DNA of 32,000 bases from Caldimicrobium thiodismutans (GCF_001548275.1 NZ_AP014945.1:540001-572000), one strand, 5' to 3'. Shown: positions 16,399 to 23,945, counted from the first letter of the stretch. Notes: a model not told the origin generated them from the letters alone. Numbers and translations: made by a program.

Positions 16399-16592
16399 GT
16401 TAGTGTTTACGCCCATATATTTTGAGACACTATAGAATTTTTCTACTATTTCTGTTGTGGGAAAAGGAACCTGTATTTTGTAGGGACAAACCTATGTATT
16501 TCTTTACATTATTGTGTAAACACGCAAGGATTTGGCAGACACGCAGGAGCTCCCCCTTATTCTCACCTCTTCCCTTTTTTGTAAGGATGAAA
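16371..16592 (-). repeat. intergenic modular repeat, copy B
   Basis: Shares all modules with copies C and D when read on the minus strand:
- ...CATCCTTACAAAAAAGGGAAGAGGTGAGAAT...
- CCTGCGTGTCTGCCAAATCCTTGCGTG...
- ACATAGGTTTGTCCCTACAAAATACAGGTTCCTTTTCCCACA...
- GTGTCTCAAAATATATGGGCGTAAAC, then 6 nt, then TTGACA.
It abuts the tatD stop codon. Confidence 0.7.
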
Positions 16593-17366
16593 TTATTGAT
16601 TCAGATTAAAAAATTTTATTGCATTTTGAGTGGTAATTTCAGCTACCTTTTCTATAGTAGTTTCTTTAAGTTCAGCAAGTTTTTGTGCGGTATAAATTAA
16701 GAAAGCGGGTTCATTGCGTTTCCCTCGCATAGGGACTGGGGATAAATAAGGGCAGTCGGTCTCAAGAACAATTCTTTCTATGGGGATAGTTTTAACTGCT
16801 TCCTGCAAAGCCCTTGCTTTATCAAAGGTAATAACTCCAGGGAGGGAAAGCATGGAGTTGAATTCAAGGATTTTTAAAGCTATCTCTTTTTCTGAGGTAA
16901 AGCAATGAAAAAGAAGAGCAAGATCCCGATAGGCCTTGAGAAGATCAAGAGAAAAGTCCCAGAAAGAGAGATCTCCTCTCAGATGAAGGATAACGGGTTT
17001 TTTATAAATTCTTGCAAGTTCCAGAAGTTTTTCAAAATGTTTTATCTGAAGCTCCTTAGGAGAGTATTCCTTTACCCAATCAAGCCCTATCTCTCCAAGG
17101 GCAATAGCCTGAGGCAGATGTTCCTCTAACCATTGATAATCAAGCTCAGTTAGTTTCTTAACCTCGTGGGGATGAAAGCCTATGGCAATCTCTATAAATT
17201 CAGGAAAGGCCTTTTTGAGTTCAAGGGCTTGATTTCCTGTTTTTTTATCTATACCAACAACGATACATTTAATAATCCCTGCCTTTTTAGCCCTTTCTAT
17301 TACCTCAGGCAGGTCTTTTTTAAATTCAGATAAATTTAAATGGGCATGGGTATCAATAAACCTCAT
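16593..17366 (-). CDS. tatD: TatD-family metal-dependent hydrolase/DNase
   Basis: N-terminal IDTHAHLN motif, EIGLD, and H...H...D metal ligands along the sequence (LHLR, FHCF, LETDCPYL). 257 aa. Confidence 0.85.
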   Translation of the reverse strand: MRFIDTHAHLNLSEFKKDLPEVIERAKKAGIIKCIVVGIDKKTGNQALELKKAFPEFIEIAIGFHPHEVKKLTELDYQWLEEHLPQAIALGEIGLDWVKEYSPKELQIKHFEKLLELARIYKKPVILHLRGDLSFWDFSLDLLKAYRDLALLFHCFTSEKEIALKILEFNSMLSLPGVITFDKARALQEAVKTIPIERIVLETDCPYLSPVPMRGKRNEPAFLIYTAQKLAELKETTIEKVAEITTQNAIKFFNLNQ

Positions 17367-18181
17367 CTGTGTCTTACCAAGAAAAGCATGGGAATGTAAA
17401 GTCCCATAATTATAATAGCTCCAGCTGAAAAGGGAAGATCAAAATAAATAGAAAGAAGAAAACCTGATACTACAGCAAACAAATTAAAAAATATAGTTAA
17501 AGGGACTACCCATTTAAAGGAAGGAGAACTTTTAAGGGCAAGGGTTGAGGCAAAAACAAAAAAGGCTGATACTAAAAGGACACCCATAAGTTTAACCCCA
17601 ATTAAGGTCTGAAGAGTGATTAAAAGTAGGAAAAAGAATTGAGCTTTCTGAAAGTCAAGACCAGGAACTTCCTTTTCTATACCAAGGGTGAGCCATATAT
17701 CTTTATAATAAAAAAATAGTCCTAAGGAGATAATAAAGACAAAAAGGCTTTCAGAGACATTTATAGCTTCCACTGTGAATAGAGAGCCAAAAAGATAATT
17801 TAGAAGGGTTATATCATATTGAGAGGTTTTAGTAGCAAGGATTAGAGCAACTCCGAGAGATAGATAAGTTATAAGAGAGGTTGCAGTATCTTCAAAAATA
17901 TGTAACACCTTTACTAAGAGGTGTATAAATGAGCTTAAAAGAAGGGTCAGAAGAAGTAAAAAAGGGAAGTGTAAGTAATGAGGGACAAGAGGTGAAATAA
18001 CCGAGAGAATTAGAAGGGAAAGCAATAAAAGATGAGTTATAGCATGGGGAAAGAGGGAATTTTTTTGAAGGATTAGATAGGGAGAGGTAAGAGCAGAAGA
18101 AACTGCAAAGAAAAGCCCGGACAAAAGCCCCCATTTGAAAAGTTTAAGGAAAAAGACCAAATTCTCCATAATTTCTACCAA
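17363..18181 (-). CDS. metal ABC transporter permease (ABC-3 / ZnuB-MntB-like)
   Basis: 272 aa with about eight hydrophobic helices. Overlaps the upstream ZnuC-like ATPase gene by 7 nt. Assignment rests on context plus general resemblance to ABC-3 permeases. Confidence 0.6.
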   Translation of the reverse strand: MVEIMENLVFFLKLFKWGLLSGLFFAVSSALTSPYLILQKNSLFPHAITHLLLLSLLILSVISPLVPHYLHFPFLLLLTLLLSSFIHLLVKVLHIFEDTATSLITYLSLGVALILATKTSQYDITLLNYLFGSLFTVEAINVSESLFVFIISLGLFFYYKDIWLTLGIEKEVPGLDFQKAQFFFLLLITLQTLIGVKLMGVLLVSAFFVFASTLALKSSPSFKWVVPLTIFFNLFAVVSGFLLSIYFDLPFSAGAIIIMGLYIPMLFLVRHR

Positions 18182-18894
18182 TGAAGGTGTTCTACCCTAT
18201 GATAGGGAAGATCTGTAATACCTTTTTCTGCTAAAACGCAAAACTCTTCATGTTCTCCGTGATAGTAGAGCCTGTGGTTCAGGCAGGCAACTTTATTTAT
18301 CTCCCGAGTTAAAAGCCATGTTTCGTGAGTAATAAGAATGATAGTCAAGCCCCTTTTATGAAAATCCGAAAGGATTTGATAAAAGGCCTCCTGGGAAACA
18401 AAGTCAAGCCCAACTGAAGGCTCATCCAAAATCAAAATCTCTGGTTTTAAAAGCAAGGCCCTAACTAAATAAGCCCTCTGAAGTTGACCAAAGGAGAGGT
18501 GAGATATCTTCTTGGAAATTAGTTCTTCAAGCCCAAAGGTTTCTATAAGAAATTTAAGATGAGATGTATCAACAGGCTTTTTATACCACTTAGAGGGGAG
18601 AAGGACAAATTCTTTTAAAGTTATCGGATTCAAAGAGAGCAATTCTTTGCCTGCTCTCTGGGGGAGATAGCCAATTTTATACCAGTGTTTAAAAGTAGAG
18701 ATTGGCTCTCCCCAAAGGGTAATTTTACCCCTTTGAGGCTGCAAAAACCCAAGAAGACACCTGATAAGAGTACTCTTACCACCCCCATTGGGACCAATGA
18801 TAGCCAGAAAATCTCCTTGATTTATCGTTAAATTTATTTCCTCTAAAATGGGCTTTTCATTAAAGGAGAGCGTTAAATTTTCAACCTGGATCAT
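18175..18894 (-). CDS. metal ABC transporter ATP-binding protein (ZnuC-like)
   Basis: Walker A GPNGGGKST, signature LSFGQLQRAYL and Walker B LILDEP. 239 aa. Confidence 0.85.
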   Translation of the reverse strand: MIQVENLTLSFNEKPILEEINLTINQGDFLAIIGPNGGGKSTLIRCLLGFLQPQRGKITLWGEPISTFKHWYKIGYLPQRAGKELLSLNPITLKEFVLLPSKWYKKPVDTSHLKFLIETFGLEELISKKISHLSFGQLQRAYLVRALLLKPEILILDEPSVGLDFVSQEAFYQILSDFHKRGLTIILITHETWLLTREINKVACLNHRLYYHGEHEEFCVLAEKGITDLPYHRVEHLHW

Positions 18895-19697
18895 AATTTT
18901 GCAGGTTTTATTTCTTCCCAGAGGGCATCCATTTCTTCAAGGGAGAGCTCTTGAAGGCCTTTTCCCTTTTCTTTTATCCTTCTTTCCATTTCTCTAAATC
19001 TTTGCTCAAACTTTTCTAAAGCCTCTCTTAGGGCCTCTTCGGGATTAAGGTTTAGTTTTCTTGATAGATTGGCTAAGGAAAAGAGTAAGTCCCCCAGTTC
19101 CTCTTTTATCTGAGAGGTATTGCCTTGGGATAGAGCCTCTTCAAGCTCTCTAAGTTCTTCATATATCTTTGGAAAGACCTCCTGAGGGGAGTTCCAGTCA
19201 AAACCTACTCTTTCAGCTCTCTCTCCGAGTCTGTATGCCCTTTGTAGGGCAGGAAGACTCTTAGGAATATTGCCAAGAACCGATTCACTTTTACCCTCTT
19301 TACTTTTTATTTTTTGCCAGTTAGAAATAACCTCTTCTGCTGTTTTGGCCTCCTCTTCACCAAAGACATGGGGATGCCTTCTTATCATTTTCTGAAAGGT
19401 TAAATAGACAAGATCTCTAATAGAAAAAACACCTGCCTCTTCATAAAGATAAATAATAAAAAGAAGTAAAAATAGTAAATCCCCTAACTCCTCCTTAATC
19501 TCTTCAGGAGAGCCCTTTTCAATAGCTTCAAGGGCTTCATAGGTCTCCTCTAAAAGATATTTTTTAAGGCTCTGGGGAGTTTGCTTTTTGTCCCAGGGGC
19601 ACCCTTTCTCACTTCTTAAGGCTTCAACTATTTCATAGAGAGAGGTTAGATCCCCTTTTCTTTGAAAGGAAAATTTAAGCTTAATTCCCATGGACAA
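18891..19697 (-). CDS. mazG: nucleoside triphosphate pyrophosphohydrolase MazG (tandem MazG domains)
   Basis: GCPWDKKQT motif and two EE..ELGDLLF repeats (EEIKEELGDLLFLL and SQIKEELGDLLFSL). 268 aa. Confidence 0.85.
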   Translation of the reverse strand: MSMGIKLKFSFQRKGDLTSLYEIVEALRSEKGCPWDKKQTPQSLKKYLLEETYEALEAIEKGSPEEIKEELGDLLFLLLFIIYLYEEAGVFSIRDLVYLTFQKMIRRHPHVFGEEEAKTAEEVISNWQKIKSKEGKSESVLGNIPKSLPALQRAYRLGERAERVGFDWNSPQEVFPKIYEELRELEEALSQGNTSQIKEELGDLLFSLANLSRKLNLNPEEALREALEKFEQRFREMERRIKEKGKGLQELSLEEMDALWEEIKPAKL

Positions 19698-19703
19698 CAG
19701 GTT

Positions 19704-20207
19704 TTAAATTGAACAACTTGCTTTAAATTTTTTCATTATATGAGGAATTAATCCTCCATCTTCAAGAATTGTCTTCATAAAAGAGGGTAAAGGATGAATC
19801 TTATATGTTTTTTTCTGCGTATGATTGATAATCAGTCCCTTTTCCACATCTACCTCCAGTTCATCTCCATTCTGGGCGTCTTTTACAGCTTCTGGGCATT
19901 CAATTATCAAAAGTCCTGTATTGAAGGCATTTCTATAAAAGATCCTTGCAAAGGATTCTGCAATCACACAGGATATTCCGCAGGCCTTAATGGCAATGGG
20001 AGCATGTTCCCTTGAGGAGCCACAACCAAAATTTCTTCCTGCAACAAGGATATCTCCAGGTTTTACTTTTTTTGAAAATTCTGGATCTGCATCCTCCATG
20101 CAGTGTTTGGCAAGTTCTTCAGGATCAGTGGTATTTAAATACCGAGCAGGAATTATGACATCTGTATCCACATTGTCTCCAAATTTCCACACCTTTCCCT
20201 TAATCAT
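19704..20207 (-). CDS. leuD: 3-isopropylmalate dehydratase small subunit (type 2 LeuD; homoaconitase/citramalate isomerase family cannot be excluded)
   Basis: 167 aa. [20 protein letters not shown] and [14 protein letters not shown] motifs of the aconitase swivel domain. Confidence 0.85.
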   Translation of the reverse strand: MIKGKVWKFGDNVDTDVIIPARYLNTTDPEELAKHCMEDADPEFSKKVKPGDILVAGRNFGCGSSREHAPIAIKACGISCVIAESFARIFYRNAFNTGLLIIECPEAVKDAQNGDELEVDVEKGLIINHTQKKTYKIHPLPSFMKTILEDGGLIPHIMKKFKASCSI

Positions 20208-20646
20208 TTTTTTCCTCCTTACAAAAGTTTTTCAAATTATTTTCTATCTCTTCTACAAAACTCAAAAGGTCATCTTTATGGGTTTTTACCTCTTTAAGTA
20301 AAAGTTTATCATCAATATCCCAATATCTATGAACGAGTAAATTTCTCAATTTAGCAAGTCCTATAAGTTTTTCACCTAAGGATTCACTTATAAGAGAAAA
20401 ATCTTTAGCTTTTTTTATGCAATCTATATAGCCACTACAGGCTTTATTTTTAACTTTACTCAAGAGATGAGTAAGAATATTGCAGATAGCCTCAACTGAG
20501 ATAATTAATTCAAATTTTAGAGCCCCAAGGGAAATTCGGTCTTCAAGAAGTATATTTTCATCCTTAGAAGAGATTTTCACTATCTGGGAATAGGAGTCCT
20601 TGATATTCTCAAGATTTTTATAAATTTTTTCTAAATTTATTTTCAT
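20200..20646 (-). CDS. HEPN-domain (DUF86 / HepT-type) toxin
   Basis: 148 aa, all-helical. Rx4H motif in [16 protein letters not shown]. The start codon overlaps the stop of the upstream MNT gene by 1 nt (TGATG). Confidence 0.8.
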   Translation of the reverse strand: MKINLEKIYKNLENIKDSYSQIVKISSKDENILLEDRISLGALKFELIISVEAICNILTHLLSKVKNKACSGYIDCIKKAKDFSLISESLGEKLIGLAKLRNLLVHRYWDIDDKLLLKEVKTHKDDLLSFVEEIENNLKNFCKEEKND

Positions 20647-21080
20647 CAGGAAAGTAAGCCCTCAATACCAAGGCTTAAGTTTCTGAAATGGGCGTATTCT
20701 CTATATTTAAGGGAAACTTTTTCTATAAAATCTGTTCTCAGTTCTTCATCTTTGCTAAAGAGTAAGATCCCCTTTGAGAGAATTTCCATCTGAAAGCCTG
20801 GTGAGACTGCATTGAGGTCAACAAGATGAACAGGATAATGGAAGGCCCTTTCAAGGAAATTAGAGTAATCAATTAACTCAGAAAGCTCAAAGGTCTCTTT
20901 TCCAAAAATGGCGATATCAATATCATGAAACCTTAATCCCTCGGCAAAAGAGCCAAAGAGATAGGCAAAAAGTATGTCTTCCATAGGAAAGAGTAAATCT
21001 TTCAGAATTTCTATAATTTTTTTTCTCTCTTTATGAGAGATTTTGAAAGGATTTTTAAATTTTAATTCTGGGTCAATCAT
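20646..21080 (-). CDS. minimal nucleotidyltransferase (MNT / MntA-type) antitoxin
   Basis: 144 aa. The Pol-beta-type NTase motif is FGSFAEGLRFHDIDIAIF (GS...DxD). Standard MNT-upstream-of-HEPN order. The start codon overlaps the leuC stop by 1 nt (TAATG). Confidence 0.8.
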   Translation of the reverse strand: MIDPELKFKNPFKISHKERKKIIEILKDLLFPMEDILFAYLFGSFAEGLRFHDIDIAIFGKETFELSELIDYSNFLERAFHYPVHLVDLNAVSPGFQMEILSKGILLFSKDEELRTDFIEKVSLKYREYAHFRNLSLGIEGLLS

Positions 21081-22357
21081 TATAGCCCTAATTCTTCAGG
21101 GGTTCCAATGTAGCCAAGTATGGCTGAGGCTGCTGCCACAGCTGGTCCTGCAAGATATACCTCACTTTCAGGGTGTCCCATTCTTCCTACAAAGTTTCTA
21201 TTAGTTGTTGCAACTGCCTTTTCACCTTTGGCAAGAATTCCCATGTGCCCACCTAAACAGGGGCCACAGGTGGGTGGGGAAATTATAGCTCCAGCCTCAA
21301 GAAAGATTTCAAGTAAACCTTTTCTTAGAGCCTGTTTATAAATCTCTGGGGTTGCTGGAATAATAATACATCTCACATTGGGATTAATTTTTTTGCCCTT
21401 AAGAATCTTAGAAGCCATCTCCAGGTCTTCATATCTTCCATTAGTGCAAGAACCAATTACTACTTGATCAATGTAAATCTTTTGAGAGAGATCCTTAACA
21501 AATTTAACATTGGATGGAAGGTGTGGAAGGGCTACAACGAGATCAATTTTAGAACAATCATATTCTCTAATTTCAGAATATTTAGCCTTTTTATCAGCTT
21601 TAAGGATAAGGGGTTCCTTTTTGAGTCTTCCTTTTAAAAATTTTAGGGTCTTATCGTCTGCCTCCATGAGCCCCACTTTTCCACCCGCTTCAATTGCCAT
21701 GTTTGACATACTCAGGCGTTCTGCCATGGTGAGTCCTTTTATAGCCTCACCAGTAAATTCCATGGCTTTATAAAGGGCGCCATCAACTCCGATATCTCCA
21801 ATGGTATAGAGGATAAGGTCTTTCCCTGTGACCCAGGGTTTGAGTTTTCCATAATAGACAAATTTAATGCTTTCGGGGACTTTAAACCAAGTCTTACCTG
21901 TGATCCATGCTCCTGCTAAATCCGTTGAACCAACACCAGTTGCAAAGGCAGAAAGAGCCCCATAGGTGCAGGTATGACTATCAGCTCCGATGACAATATC
22001 GCCAGGGGCAATAAGGCCAAGTTCAGGAAGAAGGGCATGTTCAATTCCACAGACTCCACCTTCATAATAATGTTTGATTCCATACTTTTTTGCAAATTCT
22101 CTACAAATGCGCACCTGTTCTGCACTTTTGATGTCCTTATTTGGAGTAAAGTGATCCATGACTAAGGCAATTTTTTCTGGATCAAAGACCCGGTTTATGC
22201 AGGTTGATTCGAAGACCTTAATAGCAAGAGGGCCCGTTATGTCATTGGCAAGAGTTAAGTCAACAGGGACTTCAACCAGTTCCCCAGGTTCAACCTTGGA
22301 GACACCAAGCTTTTCAGCAAGAAGCTTTTCAGCTAAGGTCATAGGGGCTTTTTTCAT
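21080..22357 (-). CDS. leuC: 3-isopropylmalate dehydratase large subunit (type 2 LeuC)
   Basis: 425 aa. The aconitase-family Fe-S ligand regions are GADSHTCTYGA, IGSCTNGR and CGPCLGG. Confidence 0.9.
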   Translation of the reverse strand: MKKAPMTLAEKLLAEKLGVSKVEPGELVEVPVDLTLANDITGPLAIKVFESTCINRVFDPEKIALVMDHFTPNKDIKSAEQVRICREFAKKYGIKHYYEGGVCGIEHALLPELGLIAPGDIVIGADSHTCTYGALSAFATGVGSTDLAGAWITGKTWFKVPESIKFVYYGKLKPWVTGKDLILYTIGDIGVDGALYKAMEFTGEAIKGLTMAERLSMSNMAIEAGGKVGLMEADDKTLKFLKGRLKKEPLILKADKKAKYSEIREYDCSKIDLVVALPHLPSNVKFVKDLSQKIYIDQVVIGSCTNGRYEDLEMASKILKGKKINPNVRCIIIPATPEIYKQALRKGLLEIFLEAGAIISPPTCGPCLGGHMGILAKGEKAVATTNRNFVGRMGHPESEVYLAGPAVAAASAILGYIGTPEELGL

Positions 22358-22383
22358 AGGGCAAACTCCTCTTTGGAATTTTA

Positions 22384-22411
22384 ATAACCTTATAAAATAC
22401 TTCTTTTCTTG
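22384..22411 (-). promoter_or_regulatory. candidate sigma70-type promoter for leuC (TTGAAA-16-TATTTT)
   Basis: On the minus strand, the -35 TTGAAA (22406-22411) is followed by a 16-nt spacer and the -10 TATTTT (22384-22389). AGAGGAG and the ATG at 22357 follow. Confidence 0.4.
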
Positions 22412-22702
22412 TTTATTTCAAGCTATGGTATGCGTCCATATCTTTTGAAACTCAAATCTACCCCGACATCCAACCCAAGTCAATCAATTTTTGAATAATT
22501 TTTATCTAATTTTCATTTTATAGTAAGGACAAACCTATGTGTTTACCATCTTTTAGCAAACCTGTATCTTTGCCCGTTGTGTTGTTCCTTTAAACTCTTA
22601 GGCAGATACGCAAGGATTGGGCAGACACTATAGATTTGCCCATCCTTTAACCTCTCACCTTTTACACCCTTCCTTTTTCTTGTAAGGATCGGAACTTATG
22701 TA
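22384..22702 (-). repeat. intergenic modular repeat, copy C (longest; internal rearrangement/duplication of the middle modules)
   Basis: Minus-strand reading:
- ACATAAGTTCCGATCCTTACAAGAAAAAGGAAGGGTGTAAAAGGTGAGAGG...
- GGGCAAATCTATAGTGTCTGCCCAATCCTTGCGTATCTGCC...
- ACATAGGTTTGTCC...
- TTGAGTTTCAAAAGATATGGACGCATAC, then 6 nt, then TTGAAA. Confidence 0.7.
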
Positions 22703-22716
22703 GTTATGGTGATAGT

Positions 22717-23607
22717 TTAGCCTTTTTCTTCAATCATCTCAGGGCAGCTAAATATGGATATTTTGTGTTTTCTGGCAAACTTTTTGGCCTTTTCATCAAC
22801 CATGGGGGAGATGATCCAGAGGGCATCTGCTTTTCTTCCGGTTTTCTTTTCATAAAATCTGGCTTTTTTTAAAAACATGGCTATGTCATTGAAACTCATT
22901 CCAGATTTGATTTCTGCCACAATATGTTTCCCATTTTTTATGATCAAATCAAGCTCAATTGCCGCTGGGAATCCAAATACTTCTCCCTCTTCGTCCATCA
23001 CCTCATACCGAGAGACTTTGTATTCAGGGAGAAATTCTTTAAATATTCGGCATATGGCTCGCCTGAAGGACTCTTCTGTTTTTATGCCCCATCGAGCTCC
23101 AATTGCTCCAAGTGTTGAATGAATCTTATTTAACATATATTGTTTATCCTTCTCCTGTCTTTCTTTTAAGACTTTTATTTCTTCATCAGTTTTCTCCTGT
23201 TTTTCCCTTAAGGCTTTAATTTCTTCAAACAATTGCTTTATTACTTTTTGATTTTCTTCCCACCTTCTATTATTTTCTTCCCATCTTTTATTATTTTCTT
23301 CCCATCTTTTTTGATTTTCTTCCCACCTTCTATTATTTTCTTCCCATCTTTTTTGGTTTTCTTCCCACCTTCTATTATTTTCTTCCCATCTTCTATTATT
23401 TTCTTCCCACCTTCTTAGGTTTTCCTCCCGTTCTTTACGCAATTCATCAAGGAGTTTTTCAAAGCGGTCCTCTGTTTCAGCTCTTCCAGCAAAGTAGGGT
23501 CTAACGACTTCTATAAGAATTTCCCTGACTTCTTGGTCTTTTTCAAGAAGAAGAGGAAGCTCTCTTTTTAACCAATCTCTGAGGTTATTGTTAAGTATCT
23601 GTTCCAT
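22717..23607 (-). CDS. coiled-coil / Trp-heptad-repeat protein with C-terminal PD-(D/E)XK nuclease-like domain
   Basis: 296 aa. An N-terminal helical region is followed by (R/K)RWEENN(R/K/Q) x8-9 and a KEKQEK-type coiled coil. The C-terminal segment FGFPAAIELDLIIKNGKHIVAEIKS fits D...ExK of the restriction-endonuclease fold. A strong SD AGGAGGG precedes the ATG. Confidence 0.6.
   Translation of the reverse strand: MEQILNNNLRDWLKRELPLLLEKDQEVREILIEVVRPYFAGRAETEDRFEKLLDELRKEREENLRRWEENNRRWEENNRRWEENQKRWEENNRRWEENQKRWEENNKRWEENNRRWEENQKVIKQLFEEIKALREKQEKTDEEIKVLKERQEKDKQYMLNKIHSTLGAIGARWGIKTEESFRRAICRIFKEFLPEYKVSRYEVMDEEGEVFGFPAAIELDLIIKNGKHIVAEIKSGMSFNDIAMFLKKARFYEKKTGRKADALWIISPMVDEKAKKFARKHKISIFSCPEMIEEKG
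23245..23412 (-). repeat. in-frame 21-nt tandem repeat, 8 units (plus one degenerate unit up to ~23433)
   Basis: Plus-strand units are TTCTTCCCA(C/T)CTT(C/T)T(A/T)T(T/G)(A/G)TT, repeated head to tail. They encode RWEENNR / RWEENQK / RWEENNK. Confidence 0.9.
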
Positions 23608-23711
23608 TATTCCCTCCTACAATTTTTGTCTATATTATAAGCATGACCTCTTTGCAAAATTTAAACAACTGAGGGACAAAAATGCCATATCTCCATAATT
23701 CCTTATTGAGA

Positions 23712-23739
23712 ATTATAAAACTTTATTAAACTTTATCAA
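23712..23739 (-). promoter_or_regulatory. candidate sigma70-type promoter for the nuclease-like gene (TTGATA-16-TATAAT)
   Basis: On the minus strand, the -35 TTGATA (23734-23739) is followed by a 16-nt spacer and a perfect -10 TATAAT (23712-23717). A second TATAAT lies at 23634-23639. Confidence 0.45.
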
Positions 23740-23945
23740 GGGAATGTATGCGTCCATATCTTTTGAGACTCAAGACGATTTTTTCAACTACTTCGGTGTA
23801 GGAAAATGAACCTGTATTTTGTAGGGGCTATGTGTTTGCCTGTTATATGTTCCCTTACATTATTGGGCAGACACGCAAGGGGCTTTCCCTACTCTTACCT
23901 CTTACCTTTTACCACTTTTTTTCTTGTAATGATCTGAACTTATGC
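23712..23945 (-). repeat. intergenic modular repeat, copy D
   Basis: Minus-strand reading:
- GCATAAGTTCAGATCATTACAAGAAAAAAAGTGGTAAAAGGTAAGAGG...
- CCCCTTGCGTGTCTGCCCAATAATGTAAGGG...
- GGCAAACACATAGCCCCTACAAAATACAGGTTCATTTTCCTACA...
- TTGAGTCTCAAAAGATATGGACGCATAC, then 6 nt, then TTGATA. Confidence 0.7.

Noticed and set aside
16530-16550. TGGCAG at about 16533 as a sigma-54 -24 element (rpoN is present in the window)
   Set aside because: No TTGC(A/T) lies at the required spacing (the sequence reads TGGCAGACACGCAGGAGC). I found no TGGCAC-N5-TTGC match by eye in any intergenic region.
16422-16700. Track ORFs 16422..16700 (+), 23832..24020 (+) and 23991..24191 (-)
   Set aside because: The first two are translations of the intergenic repeat copies (the same nucleotide modules recur in other frames and contexts). 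The third is antisense to the YbgA-like gene start. None has an SD.
2010-22448. Short ORFs overlapping larger genes. Antisense: 2010..2198, 6860..7162, 10020..10208, 11434..11661, 13040..13225, 13982..14308, 15094..15444, 16905..17129, 19794..20015, 19990..20301, 21120..21341, 21510..21773, 21974..22165, 22158..22448. Same strand, alternate frame: 4031..4246, 17892..18134, 21916..22125
   Set aside because: Each is embedded in a longer ORF that has clear family motifs. Their compositions (S/L/F/P-rich) are typical of out-of-frame translation of K/E-rich genes.
22877-23418. Track ORFs 22877..23122 (+), 22924..23118 (+) and 23233..23418 (+)
   Set aside because: They are antisense to the nuclease-like gene. 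The last is the mirror image of the 21-nt repeat (FFPPSIIFFPS...).
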